Positions 28,527-38,430 of a DNA stretch of 64,000 nucleotides are shown one piece after another (the stretch's first letter is position 1; every line of letters begins with the position of its first letter). Origin of the DNA: Actinomycetota bacterium (GTDB lineage Bacteria; Actinomycetota; Acidimicrobiia; IMCC26256; VFJJ01); assembly GCA_009886115.1 (NCBI GenBank), contig VFJJ01000023.1, positions 1,342 through 65,341 on the forward strand. The letters run 5' to 3'. The notes under the pieces are model-generated. The model worked only from the letters and a program-made list of their open reading frames with translations. It ran no database searches and had not been told where the DNA came from. Made by a program: the position numbers and the translations under genes.

Positions 28527-28545
28527 GGGGCCATTTCTTGGCCCC
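28527..28545 (+). terminator. 7-bp stem hairpin downstream of glnA1
   Basis: GGGGCCA-tttct-TGGCCCC, read directly. No clear U tract. Confidence 0.35.
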
Positions 28546-28677
28546 TGGCCTGCTGAAACGGTATCGGGTGAGCGCGGCGGCCGCCGGGAGCCGCCTTCGT
28601 ACGTGACCGCTGCGCTGGACCTGGCGAGCCTGAGGTCGCCCGGGAGCGTGTCGCCGGAAGGTGACGTCGGTTGGAGT

Positions 28678-28926
28678 ATGACTGGTAGGATTCTTACCGT
28701 GCGAGTCACTGAGAAGGGCCAAATCACGATCCCCAAGGAGCTCCGGGACGCGCTCGGCATCGGGGCGGGAACGCAGGTCGAGTTCGAACGGGCCGACGAC
28801 ACCATCGTCATTCGCAAGGCCCCCGGCGCTCCGACCCGAGGCAGCCGCATCGCCGCACAACTGCGGGGGCTCGGCGACGTCGAGATGACGACCGACGAGA
28901 TCATGGCCCTCACCCGAGGCGACTGA
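28678..28926 (+). CDS. vapB: AbrB/SpoVT-type antitoxin (VapB-like)
   Basis: VRVTEKGQITIPKELRDALGI motif. GGAG Shine-Dalgarno before the ATG at 28678. Confidence 0.75.
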   Translation: MTGRILTVRVTEKGQITIPKELRDALGIGAGTQVEFERADDTIVIRKAPGAPTRGSRIAAQLRGLGDVEMTTDEIMALTRGD

Positions 28927-28929
28927 GCC

Positions 28930-29349
28930 ATGACACAGGCGACGCTGGTCGACACCAACGTGCTTCTCGACGTGCTCACCGAAGACAGCACCTGGCTCAC
29001 GTGGTCGATGAATGCGTTGGCCGCAATCGCAGAGGCGGGCCCCGTCGTGATCAACCCGATCATCTACGCGGAGGTTTCCATCCGATTCAGCCGCATCGAG
29101 GATCTCGAGGACGCGCTCCCGCCGAACGAATTCCGGCGGGCCCCGTTGCCCTGGGAGGCAGCCTTCCTTGCGGGAAAGGCCTTTCTCGACTACCGCCGCA
29201 ATGGCGGGCCCCGGTCTTCGACCCTGCCGGACTTCTTTATCGGAGCCCACGCCGCCATCGGCGGGCTCGACCTCCTCACCCGCGACGCCAGCCGGTATCG
29301 GACGTACTTTCCGACGGTACGGCTCATCACCCCCGACGCACTGCCGTAA
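28930..29349 (+). CDS. vapC: PIN-domain toxin (VapC-like)
   Basis: LVDTNVLLDVL N-terminal motif and C-terminal DFFIGAHAAIGGLDLLTRD. Confidence 0.8.
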   Translation: MTQATLVDTNVLLDVLTEDSTWLTWSMNALAAIAEAGPVVINPIIYAEVSIRFSRIEDLEDALPPNEFRRAPLPWEAAFLAGKAFLDYRRNGGPRSSTLPDFFIGAHAAIGGLDLLTRDASRYRTYFPTVRLITPDALP

Positions 29350-30790
29350 CGTCCTCGTCCGGGGGACCCGCGTGCTCCGTGGCGTCAGCCCGGCCACCGA
29401 TGGAACCATGCCCAGACCGGCGTCGCCCGCCGCGACTGCCTTCAGCGTCGTCGTGGCTCGGTTCGGGGTCACCACCCTCGGCGTCGATGCTCTCCACTGC
29501 GGCGATCTCGGGCTTGCGGGCCATGCCCGTCTGGGAACGGGCCCGGCGGCGGCGGCGTTCGTCTTGGGCATGGGCGAGCTCACGATGAGCGGCCAGCGCG
29601 TACTGGCCGAGGACCGCCTGGGCGTACAGGGCGTTGCCGAGTTGCGACGCCGGTATCGCCGACCGCAGGCCGGCGGCCGACGCGGCCTCGGCCAGCTCCA
29701 GCGCTGCGCCTGAGGTGCCGGCACCGACGGCCGCCCCCGGTGCTCCCCGGACCGGCTCGCCCAGCCGCAACACGTCGCCACCGGTAGCAGCGTTCGCTCC
29801 GGAGCCGGTCGACCCGCCGTGGACGCCACCCCCGCCCCCTCGGGACGGCGCGTGATCGTCGCCGCTACTACTCATCTCGTCCGAGCCTCCGGTGCCGCCC
29901 GAATCCCCGTCACCTTGCCCGCACTGCTGACCGGGTGGCTGGTCGTCGGTCACCGCAGGATCGCGGGCGCCGTCGTGACATTCGACCGTGCCGGCCACCG
30001 GCGCCTCGGGAACGGGAATGGGCACGATCGTCGCTGGGGGGAGCGCCACGAGTCCCGTACTCGCCGCCATCGAGCTCCGGTGCAGGACGGCCAGGCCCGC
30101 CGGGAGATTCGATCCGGGCGAGGGCGGCGGCGTCACCGCCACCGCCATCGGTACCGCCACCGGGACCGGAGGCACGCTCGACGGCGTCAGCGGAGCGGCG
30201 GGGGACGGCGCTGACGGGCTCGCCGGCGGCGTGACCAGCCGTGCGACCGCCACCGTGGGACCCCACGACCCAAGAAGGGGGACCACGGAGCCGGGCAGCG
30301 CAGGGACCGGGGGGCCTGGAGCGGAAAACGGGACCGGGACCGGGACCGGGGCTCCCGGGGTCACCGGCGGGCCTGGCGTCGAGATCGGCGCCGGGAAGGG
30401 CCCCGTCGAGGGCACCGGCACTCCCGTCGGGACCGCCGTGCCCGGCGTGCGAGGTGGAACGAGCAGGCCCGCGCGAAGCACCACGGTGGGATCAGGCGGC
30501 GGGGCAGCCGGTGCGCTCGTGCCGCTCGTCGGGGAGTAGAGCCCTGCGCTCGGCAAGGACGAGACGCCGGCTGAGAATGTGGGGGTAGGGGGTGGAGGAA
30601 TAGTCGTCACACCGGTAGTCAGGAATGGACTACCAGGGGACGGGGCCAGAGGCTGTGGCTGCGCCCGTCCCGTGTTGCTCGACGGAGCGGGTGACGGTCG
30701 GCTCCCCGATGCCGGGAGGCCACCCATGGACGCCGCGTTCCGCATGATCCGGGCCCACAACGCACCCAGACCACTCGGCGGCAGTTCCAT
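29327..30790 (-). CDS. hypothetical proline-rich protein
   Basis: Long minus-strand ORF whose codon usage is typical of the genome (checked by hand at two places). Pro/Ser/Thr/Val low-complexity N-terminal two thirds, Gly-rich acidic segment and a helical C-terminus. Start is uncertain: GC3 drops upstream of the ATG at 30790. The 3' end overlaps vapC by 23 nt. Confidence 0.45.
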   Translation of the reverse strand: MELPPSGLGALWARIMRNAASMGGLPASGSRPSPAPSSNTGRAQPQPLAPSPGSPFLTTGVTTIPPPPTPTFSAGVSSLPSAGLYSPTSGTSAPAAPPPDPTVVLRAGLLVPPRTPGTAVPTGVPVPSTGPFPAPISTPGPPVTPGAPVPVPVPFSAPGPPVPALPGSVVPLLGSWGPTVAVARLVTPPASPSAPSPAAPLTPSSVPPVPVAVPMAVAVTPPPSPGSNLPAGLAVLHRSSMAASTGLVALPPATIVPIPVPEAPVAGTVECHDGARDPAVTDDQPPGQQCGQGDGDSGGTGGSDEMSSSGDDHAPSRGGGGGVHGGSTGSGANAATGGDVLRLGEPVRGAPGAAVGAGTSGAALELAEAASAAGLRSAIPASQLGNALYAQAVLGQYALAAHRELAHAQDERRRRRARSQTGMARKPEIAAVESIDAEGGDPEPSHDDAEGSRGGRRRSGHGSIGGRADATEHAGPPDEDVTAVRRG

Positions 30791-30907
30791 GTCCCACCAG
30801 TCGGCCGCCCGGCTCGGGAGTTGCGTGCCGAGACGACGAGACAAGGACGGCGGGTGACGACCTACGGGACGAGCCCCGGCAGGAGTCACCACGACAGCGC
30901 AACACCC

Positions 30908-33703
30908 TCAGTCGCGGCCGTAGAAGAGGCGCTCCATGACCCGGCGGGCCCGCCGCGTGACCCGGCGATAGTCGTCGCGCATCGACGTGACCGGTCGGTG
31001 GGTGTAACCCAGCATCGTGGCGAGGTGCTCGGCGTCAGCGGCGTTCTGGGGGAGCGAGTCGGCCTGCTTGGCCGTGTGGAGGAAGCGGTGATTGCGAGCC
31101 CGGCTGCAGTACCGGTAGGCCTCCCAGAGCACGCCAGCGTCCTCGGCGTCGAGCAGACCCTCACCGGTCAGCGCGGCCAGTGCCTCCACCGTCGACGCCA
31201 CCCTCACCGTCGGATGGTCGTGGCCGTGCTGCAACTGGAGGAGCTGCACCGTGAAGTCGATGTCGGACAGCGAACCCTTGCCCAGCTTGAGATGGAACTG
31301 GGGATCGTCGCCGGTTGAAATGCGCTCGCGCTCGATCCGGGCCTTCATGCGGCGCACCTCGCGCACACCGTCGTCGCCGAAATCGGGCTGGTACACGTGC
31401 GGCCAAAGCGCCTCGAGGAAGCGCTCACCGAGGGCCCGATCGCCGGCGACGACCCGGGCTTTCAGATGGGCCTGGAACTCCCAGACGAGCGCCCGTCCGC
31501 CCCAGTACGACTCGTAGCCCGAGATCGGCAGTGCCAGCTGTCCCTGCCGGCCCTCGGGGCGCAGCTTGGCGTCGACCTGCCAAGCCTGGCCCTCCGGGGT
31601 GAGCGCCCCCACGTCGCGATTGAGCGCCTCGACGGCGATCTCCGCGGCCCGGAAGTCGGCCGGACCGTCGCCGTCGTACACGTAGACGACATCGAGATCG
31701 GACGCGTACGACATCTCCTGCCCGCCGTAGCGCCCCAACCCGATCACCGCGATCGGCACGCTCGGCTCGATCGCCGCCAACGCCCCCTCCAGCGATGCGT
31801 CGGCGAGGGCGCTCAGCTCCGTCTGCACGTCCTCCAGGGTCGCCATGCCCAGGAGGTCGCGAGCTGCGATGCGCAGGAGCTCCCGCCGCTTGAAGCGCCG
31901 CAGCCCGGCCGCCCGGTCGGCAGCATCGTGCGACCGCCAACGCAACGCGTCGAGGGCCTCGGCCCGCAGCAGCGCGGGATCCTTCGGACGGGCGAGTGCC
32001 GCGTCGGTCTCGAGCAGGGTCGGAAATTCGGGAACCCGGCGCATCGCCTGACCCACCACTCGCGACGACCCCAACAAGAAGCAGGTGCGCTCCGCGGCGG
32101 TCGGCGAGTCGCGAAACGCCGTCGCCAGCGCCCGGGCCCGGGTGTCGCCCTCGGCGACGGTTCGCAGCTGCAACAGCCCGAGGTCGGGATCGGGCGAACC
32201 CGACAACCAGTCGAGCAGCAGGGGGAAGAGTTGCTGCATGAGCTTCGACGTGCGCGAATAGCCAGCGGTGAGCTCGCGCATCGCCGCACGGGTGCGTTCG
32301 GCATCGCGGAACCCGAAGGCCGCCAAGCGCTCCTCGGCCGCATCGGGAGACAGCGCTCCGACCCCGGCGAACGCTGCCAGCGCCGGGCGGAAGAAGAGCT
32401 TCTCGTGGATCGAGCGGACGGTGGTCTGGTGCTGACGGTGGCGCTCGTCGAACTGCTCGAGGGCCGACGCCTCGGGACGGTCGCGATGGCCCATGACCCG
32501 GGCCAGCCGCGTCCGTCCGGGCGTGTCGGCCGGCAGGACGTGGACCTGCCGCTCGTCCTGGAGCTGGAGGCGGTGCTCGGCGTCGCGCAGGAAACGGTAG
32601 GCCTCGTCGAGCGCTTCGGCGTCGGGTGGGTCGACATAGCCGTGCTCGACCAGCGACGCCAGGGCGATCAGCGTGTTGCGTGAGCGCAGCTCTGGTTCGT
32701 GGCGGGCATGGACGAGCTGCAGGAGCTGCACGGCGAACTCGATGTCGCGGATGCCGCCCTTGCCCCGCTTGAGCTCCCGCAGCTCGAGACCCTTCTTCGT
32801 CATCTCGTGCTCGGCGCGCAGCTTCATCGCCTGGATCTCACGGATCGCCGCCGGGTCGAGGCGATCAGGCCAGATGAACGGATCGGCGACGGCGAAGAAG
32901 CGTTCGGCCAGGTCGACGTCACCGCACACGAGCCGGGCCTTGAGCAGCGCCTGGAACTCCCAGTGCCCCGCCCACTGCTCCCAGTAGGTACGGAAGCCGG
33001 CGATGGTGCGAGACAGCGGCCCGGCCCGCCCCTCCGGCCGGAGATCGGCGTCGGTTCGGAACACGATCCCGTCGTCGGTGGGTGTGCTCATCGCCGACAA
33101 CACGGCACGGGCCGCACGAGCAGCCTCGGCCGCCGCACCGGGCCCTTCCCCGTCGTGCACGAAGATCACGTCGACGTCGCTGGCGTAGTTGAGCTCGGAC
33201 CCGCCCAGCTTTCCCATCCCGAGCACGGCGAACGGGACCGCCGGCGCGGCGATGGCCAACGCAGCCGAGAGACACCCCTCGGCCAGGCCGGCGAGCTCCC
33301 GTCCAACGGCCGGCAGGTCGGCCAACCCCGTGAGGTCACGCACGGCGATCCGGAGGAACTCGGCGCGCTTCCAGCGGCGCAACCCGCCCTCGTCGAGCCC
33401 GAAGGAGCCCGCCACGTAGTCGGCCACCGCGCGCTCGGCCGACAACGACGCCCGGTCGCCCACGACGTCGAGGAGGCGGGGGTCGGCGATCAGCGCCGTG
33501 ACCAACGAGCGGGAAGCGCCGGCCACGGCGATCAGCCCGTCGCGCAGCGCGGGGTCGGTTCCGAGCTCGGCGACGACGGCATCGTGCGCGAGCGCGCCGG
33601 CCTCTGCGACGCGTTCGACGATCCGCTCGAGGACGGCGCGGACAGCGGCCGGGTCGGCCGAGTGCTCGATGGCCTCGATCAGGTCGGGTTGGGTGAAGCT
33701 CAC
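30908..33703 (-). CDS. glnE: bifunctional glutamine synthetase adenylyltransferase / adenylyl-removing enzyme GlnE
   Basis: 931 aa with duplicated nucleotidyltransferase domains (GKLGGSELNYASDVDVIFV and GRYGGQEMSYASDLDVVYV). GTG start. Confidence 0.92.
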   Translation of the reverse strand: MSFTQPDLIEAIEHSADPAAVRAVLERIVERVAEAGALAHDAVVAELGTDPALRDGLIAVAGASRSLVTALIADPRLLDVVGDRASLSAERAVADYVAGSFGLDEGGLRRWKRAEFLRIAVRDLTGLADLPAVGRELAGLAEGCLSAALAIAAPAVPFAVLGMGKLGGSELNYASDVDVIFVHDGEGPGAAAEAARAARAVLSAMSTPTDDGIVFRTDADLRPEGRAGPLSRTIAGFRTYWEQWAGHWEFQALLKARLVCGDVDLAERFFAVADPFIWPDRLDPAAIREIQAMKLRAEHEMTKKGLELRELKRGKGGIRDIEFAVQLLQLVHARHEPELRSRNTLIALASLVEHGYVDPPDAEALDEAYRFLRDAEHRLQLQDERQVHVLPADTPGRTRLARVMGHRDRPEASALEQFDERHRQHQTTVRSIHEKLFFRPALAAFAGVGALSPDAAEERLAAFGFRDAERTRAAMRELTAGYSRTSKLMQQLFPLLLDWLSGSPDPDLGLLQLRTVAEGDTRARALATAFRDSPTAAERTCFLLGSSRVVGQAMRRVPEFPTLLETDAALARPKDPALLRAEALDALRWRSHDAADRAAGLRRFKRRELLRIAARDLLGMATLEDVQTELSALADASLEGALAAIEPSVPIAVIGLGRYGGQEMSYASDLDVVYVYDGDGPADFRAAEIAVEALNRDVGALTPEGQAWQVDAKLRPEGRQGQLALPISGYESYWGGRALVWEFQAHLKARVVAGDRALGERFLEALWPHVYQPDFGDDGVREVRRMKARIERERISTGDDPQFHLKLGKGSLSDIDFTVQLLQLQHGHDHPTVRVASTVEALAALTGEGLLDAEDAGVLWEAYRYCSRARNHRFLHTAKQADSLPQNAADAEHLATMLGYTHRPVTSMRDDYRRVTRRARRVMERLFYGRD

Positions 33704-33720
33704 GCCCGTATCCTTGCGGA

Positions 33721-35433
33721 ATGCCCCGCGTGCGTGTTGCAGCCGCCCAGATCGACCTCGTGGTCGGCGATCTCGCCGGCAACAGCTCCCTCATCCTGGC
33801 CGCGTACGAGCGGGCCGAGGAAGCGGGGTGTGATCTCGTCGCCTTCCCCGAGATGAGCGTCACGGGCTACCCGCCCGAGGACCTGCTGCTCCGGCCAGCT
33901 TTCGTGGCCGAGGCCGCCGCGGCCGTTCAGCGCATCGCGCAGCGCACCGGTCGAGCAGCGGCGGTCATCGGCTTTCCCGAGATGGGACGCGACCTCCACA
34001 ACGCCGCCGCCGTCTGCGCCAACGGCGTCGTGGTGGGCACCTACCGCAAGCAGCTCCTGCCCAACTACGCCGTCTTCGACGAGGAGCGCTACTTCACCCC
34101 GGGTACCGACGTCGGTCCTCTGTTCGTCATCGGTGGCGTGCGCGTCGGCGTCTCGATCTGCGAGGACGCCTGGAGCCCGGTCGGACCCATCGCCCAGCAG
34201 GCGGCGGGCGGGGCCGAGCTGGCGGTCAACATCAACGGCTCGCCGTTCTACGCGGGTCGCATGACCGAGCGTGAGACGATGCTGGCCACCCGGGCCGCCG
34301 ACGCGTCCATCCCGATCGTGTACTGCAACCTGGTGGGGGGACAAGACGAGCTGGTCTTCGACGGCGGCTCGCTCGTGTTCGACGAGACCGGTCGACTCGT
34401 GGCCCGGGCCCGCCAGCTCGCCGACGACCTGCTCGTCGTCGATCTCGACGTGCGCCCCGCGTTCCGCAAGCGGCTGCTCGATCCCAGGGGACGGCCGTCG
34501 GCCACGCCGCTCGCCGAGATCGCCGTCTCGCCCGAACGGGCGCCCGAGGGCTGCCCGCTGCCGTCACGCATCGAGCCGCTGCTCGACGAGGACGACGAGA
34601 TCTACGAAGCGCTCGTGCTCGCCACCCGCGACTACATGCACAAGCAGGGTTTCGCCGACGCGGTCATCGGGCTCTCGGGCGGTGTCGATTCGGCGCTGGT
34701 GGCCACCATCGCGGCCGACGCCCTGGGCGCCGAACACGTCACCGGCGTGCTCATGCCCTCGCGTTTCTCCTCCGCCGGCTCCGTCACCGACTCCCACGCG
34801 CTCGTGGCGAACCTGGGCATCCGCAGCATGACCATCCCGATCGAGCCCGCCCATACGGCGTTCGAGGCCATGCTGGCTGACGCGTTCTCGGGCACAGAGC
34901 CCGGAGCCACCGAGGAGAACGTGCAGTCGCGCGTCAGAGGCGTGACCCTCATGGCGCTCTCGAACAAGTTCGGCGCGATCGTGCTCACCACCGGCAACAA
35001 GAGCGAAATGGCCGTCGGCTACGCCACGATCTACGGCGACATGGCCGGCGGGTACGCCGTCATCAAGGACGTCGTCAAGACGCGGGTGTTTCGGCTGTGC
35101 GAGGCCCGCAACCGTCGGGCCGGGTTCGATCTCATCCCCCGAGCCATCATCGACAAGCCACCGTCGGCCGAGCTGCGACCCGATCAACTCGACGCCGACA
35201 GCCTGCCGCCCTACGAGAAGCTCGACCCCATCCTCGTCGGTTACATCGAGCACGACCTGTCGATCGCCGAGCTGATCGCCGCCGGGCACGATCCCGACAC
35301 GGTGCGCCGCGTGGTCGGTCTCGTCGATCGGTCGGAGTACAAGCGCCGTCAGGCCGCTCCCGGGGTGCGGGTCACGGCCCGGGCCTTCGGACGCGACCGG
35401 CGCATGCCCATCACCGACCGCTGGCCCCGGTAG
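33721..35433 (+). CDS. nadE: glutamine-dependent NAD+ synthetase
   Basis: N-terminal CN-hydrolase domain (VRVAAAQIDLVVGD...FPEMSVTGY...CEDAW). C-terminal synthetase domain (GLSGGVDSAL). Confidence 0.92.
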   Translation: MPRVRVAAAQIDLVVGDLAGNSSLILAAYERAEEAGCDLVAFPEMSVTGYPPEDLLLRPAFVAEAAAAVQRIAQRTGRAAAVIGFPEMGRDLHNAAAVCANGVVVGTYRKQLLPNYAVFDEERYFTPGTDVGPLFVIGGVRVGVSICEDAWSPVGPIAQQAAGGAELAVNINGSPFYAGRMTERETMLATRAADASIPIVYCNLVGGQDELVFDGGSLVFDETGRLVARARQLADDLLVVDLDVRPAFRKRLLDPRGRPSATPLAEIAVSPERAPEGCPLPSRIEPLLDEDDEIYEALVLATRDYMHKQGFADAVIGLSGGVDSALVATIAADALGAEHVTGVLMPSRFSSAGSVTDSHALVANLGIRSMTIPIEPAHTAFEAMLADAFSGTEPGATEENVQSRVRGVTLMALSNKFGAIVLTTGNKSEMAVGYATIYGDMAGGYAVIKDVVKTRVFRLCEARNRRAGFDLIPRAIIDKPPSAELRPDQLDADSLPPYEKLDPILVGYIEHDLSIAELIAAGHDPDTVRRVVGLVDRSEYKRRQAAPGVRVTARAFGRDRRMPITDRWPR

Positions 35434-35463
35434 CGGGGTGGGGCCCCCGGGGCGGGCCGGCCG

Positions 35464-36489
35464 GTGGTGACCGGAGGCCTCGCCCGATCGGCTCCCGGCG
35501 ACGTCAGGGGACGGTTGGCCCTGCTCGCCACCGCCGCGTTGTTCGGCGGCACCTTCGTGGTGGTCAGTGAGAGCGTGCGCGACCTCACTCCCGCGGCGTT
35601 CGTCGCCCTGCGCTTCTCGGTGGGAGCGCTGGCTCTGGCGCCTCTGTGCCGGGGCGCCCAGGCCATCCCGACGACGTGGACCTTCTGGCGACCGGCGCTC
35701 CTCGGAGGTCTCGTGCTCGCCGCCGGGTACGTGACCCAGACCGTCGGCCTCGAACACGTCACCCCGTCGGCCTCGGGCTTCATCACCGGCCTGTACGTGG
35801 GAGCGACACCCGTGGTCGCCTTCATCTTCACCCGGCACCGGCCCAGCCGGGGAGCTCTCGTCGGGACGGTCGCCTCGGTGGTGGGCCTGTTCGTGCTCAC
35901 CGGGGGCGTCGACGGGCTCGGACGAGGCGAATGGCTCACGATCGCGTGCGCGCTCGCGTTCGCCTGCCACATCGTGATCGTCGCCACGTACACGCACCGC
36001 CTCCCGCTCGTGCCGTTCGCCGTGTCGCAGCTGGTGGTCGTCGCCGCGGTCGGGTTGGTGTGGCTGCCCGCCGCCGGGATCGGCCACGTCTCCGCCCGAG
36101 CCGTCGGCGGCGCGGTCTCGACCGGGTTGGCCGCCTCGGCGCTGGCGTTCCTGCTGCAGATCTTCGGCCAGCGCTCCGTCGAGCCGACCCGGTCGGCCCT
36201 GCTCCTGTCGCTCGAACCTGTCTTCGCCGGCGTGTTCGGCTACTGGGCCGGCGACCGTCTCGGCGGACGGGGCTGGGCGGGAGCGGCGATCATCATGGCG
36301 GGTACGGTGGTGGCCGAGGCCACCGCCGGGTCTCGGGCCCGCCGGGCCCGCCGAGTCCGACGGGCCCGATCGGTCCAACCCGGTCCGGACGGCGTCGACC
36401 TCGACGGGCTACCCGTGTCGTCCGCCACGCATCGTGCTCACGTTCGCCGCCCCCACCACCGTCGCCCCCGTCGTGAGGATCATCCATGA
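35464..36489 (+). CDS. EamA/DMT-family transporter
   Basis: About 10 hydrophobic helices with a duplicated EamA-like pattern. Confidence 0.7.
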   Translation: MVTGGLARSAPGDVRGRLALLATAALFGGTFVVVSESVRDLTPAAFVALRFSVGALALAPLCRGAQAIPTTWTFWRPALLGGLVLAAGYVTQTVGLEHVTPSASGFITGLYVGATPVVAFIFTRHRPSRGALVGTVASVVGLFVLTGGVDGLGRGEWLTIACALAFACHIVIVATYTHRLPLVPFAVSQLVVVAAVGLVWLPAAGIGHVSARAVGGAVSTGLAASALAFLLQIFGQRSVEPTRSALLLSLEPVFAGVFGYWAGDRLGGRGWAGAAIIMAGTVVAEATAGSRARRARRVRRARSVQPGPDGVDLDGLPVSSATHRAHVRRPHHRRPRREDHP

Positions 36490-36968
36490 CCGAGTTCGTC
36501 GTCGTCACCGCTCGCCTCGGGGCCCTGCGCTGGGTGGAGTTGCGGTGCTTCGAGATCCTGGGGAGCTGGGTGGCCGAGACGCCCGCGAACGAGGCCGAGA
36601 CCCGTCTCCTGTGGAACGCCCTCTCGGCCCATCACGCGTGGCGGGCCGATCTCGTCGGCTCCTGCATGTCGATCGCTCGCGAGCACCCCGCCGACGCCGC
36701 GACCGTGGGCTCGCCGGGCGGCCAGGCGCTGGTCTCGGTCCTGGTCGCGGCAGCGCCCGACGCCATGTCACGGCTCGGCGTGGTGGCTCGCGACCTGCTC
36801 CCCGGCCTGCTCGCGGGCTACCGATCGCTACGCTCAAGCGCCACTCCAGCCAGCGACGAGCCGGTCGCTCGAATCGCTCGGATCGCCCTCGCCGACGTCC
36901 TCGAAGACTGGCAGCGGGCCCAGGAGCTGTTCGATCAGGCCCGAGGCGCCGGATTGGCGCCGATCTGA
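36486..36968 (+). CDS. hypothetical protein
   Basis: 160 aa with an ATGA overlap to the EamA gene and good codon bias. No family recognised. Confidence 0.5.
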   Translation: MTEFVVVTARLGALRWVELRCFEILGSWVAETPANEAETRLLWNALSAHHAWRADLVGSCMSIAREHPADAATVGSPGGQALVSVLVAAAPDAMSRLGVVARDLLPGLLAGYRSLRSSATPASDEPVARIARIALADVLEDWQRAQELFDQARGAGLAPI

Positions 36969-37264
36969 CCCCTCGTGCCTGAGTGTCGATTCGGAACACA
37001 CTGACCTGCACAAACGCGTTGCAATTCCCCGTGGGGGGCTCTTGACTCCACCGGTATGCTCGGAGTGGTCGTGCTGGGAAGCCACCCTTCGAAGGAGCCC
37101 TCGCATGGCGGTGATCGACCCACAAGATCGGTCCGAGAGCCGCCATTCCCCGAGGTCCACGAGAACGTTTCCGAAATCACGTTCCACCCAACGGAACCTG
37201 CGGGTTCCCCAGAGATCTACCTGGAAGATCGCCCACACACGATCACTCTGACGGGAAGGGATAC

Positions 37265-38200
37265 GTGGCGAAGGAGCGTGTTGAGCGCGACGAGGAAGAC
37301 CTCGTTCGGCTCTATCTCACCGATATCGGGCAGTACCCACTGCTCACCAAGGACGACGAGGTTCGCCTCGCCCAACAGATCGAGGCAGGCAACGCGGCGC
37401 GGGCCGACTTGGAGGCCAACCCCAAGGTCACGCCCACCCGCCGACGCGAGCTGAAGAAGACCATCGACGAGGGCGAGCGCGCCCAGCGCACGTTCGTGCA
37501 GTCGAACCTCCGGCTCGTGGTCTCGATCGCCAAGAAGTACCAGGCGTCGGGCCTGCCGCTCCTCGACCTGATCCAGGAGGGCAACCTGGGCCTGATGCAC
37601 GCGGTCGAGAAGTTCGACTGGCGCAAGGGCTTCAAGTTCTCCACCTACGCCACGTGGTGGATCCGCCAGGCCATCACCCGCGGTATCGCCAACACGGGCC
37701 GCACGATCCGCCTGCCTGTCCACGCCGGCGACACCCTGGCTCGGTTGCAGAAGGCCCGGTCCCGGCTCGAGCTCAAGCTCGGCCGTCCGGCCACCCTGGC
37801 CGAGCTCTCGGCCGAGGTCGAGATGCCCGAGGACAAGGTGACCGAAGCGCTGCGCTTCGCCGCCGAGCCCCTCTCGCTCTCGGAGCCTCTGCGTGAGGAC
37901 GGCGACGCCGAGCTCGGCGACATCGTCGAGGACCGCTCGGCCGAATCGCCTTTCGAGGTGGCGGCAACGGCGCTGCTCCCGGCAGAGATCGAGAAGTTGC
38001 TGGCCCCACTCGACGAGCGGGAACGGCAGATCCTGGCCTTGCGCTTCGGTCTCGATCGGGGCGAGCCCCGGACCCTCGAAGAGGTCGGCGAGTACTTCAA
38101 CCTCACCCGTGAGCGGATCCGCCAGATCGAAGCTCGCGCCATGTCCAAGCTGCGCCATCCCTCGTCCGACACCGGCGCCCGAGACCTGCTCGCCGTCTGA
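37265..38200 (+). CDS. RNA polymerase sigma-70 family factor, group 1/2-like without region 1.1
   Basis: Regions 1.2 to 4: DLVRLYLTDIGQYPLLT, LIQEGNLGLMHAVEKFD, YATWWIRQAITR and the region 4 HTH TLEEVGEYFNLTRERIRQIE. GTG start. Confidence 0.88.
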   Translation: MAKERVERDEEDLVRLYLTDIGQYPLLTKDDEVRLAQQIEAGNAARADLEANPKVTPTRRRELKKTIDEGERAQRTFVQSNLRLVVSIAKKYQASGLPLLDLIQEGNLGLMHAVEKFDWRKGFKFSTYATWWIRQAITRGIANTGRTIRLPVHAGDTLARLQKARSRLELKLGRPATLAELSAEVEMPEDKVTEALRFAAEPLSLSEPLREDGDAELGDIVEDRSAESPFEVAATALLPAEIEKLLAPLDERERQILALRFGLDRGEPRTLEEVGEYFNLTRERIRQIEARAMSKLRHPSSDTGARDLLAV

Positions 38201-38260
38201 GCTCCACCTGCTGTCTCGCTCCACCGTCGTGCTTTCACCCGCAGTGGTGTGGTCTGCAAT

Positions 38261-38294
38261 GGTGGTGAGCGAGGTTTCGACCTCGCTCACCACC
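38261..38294 (+). terminator. perfect 15-bp stem hairpin downstream of the sigma factor gene
   Basis: GGTGGTGAGCGAGGT-ttcg-ACCTCGCTCACCACC, verified by reverse complement. No U tract. Confidence 0.55.
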
Positions 38295-38430
38295 GAGACC
38301 CGCTTCGATGTGCCGTACGGGCCCACGCCCGTCCCGCCGCTCGGATCTGCGCCCGACGCCGGCACTTCCCCCTTCCGTGATCCTGGTGCGCCGCGCTCGC
38401 GTGCGCGCTCATCCGCGAAGGGACACCACC

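Noticed and set aside
37042-37070. TTGACT (37042-37047) as the -35 element of the sigma factor promoter.
   Set aside because: No acceptable -10 hexamer lies at 16-18 nt spacing (GTGGTC or TGGTCG). The alternative TATGCT (37055) lacks a -35. Left uncalled.
37105-37251. 48-codon ORF (MAVIDPQDRSESRH...) with a strong GAAGGAG Shine-Dalgarno in the long leader of the sigma factor gene.
   Set aside because: Many A/T-ending and rare codons (cca, caa, aga, ttt, aaa, tca) make it atypical for this genome. It is more likely part of a structured 5'UTR.
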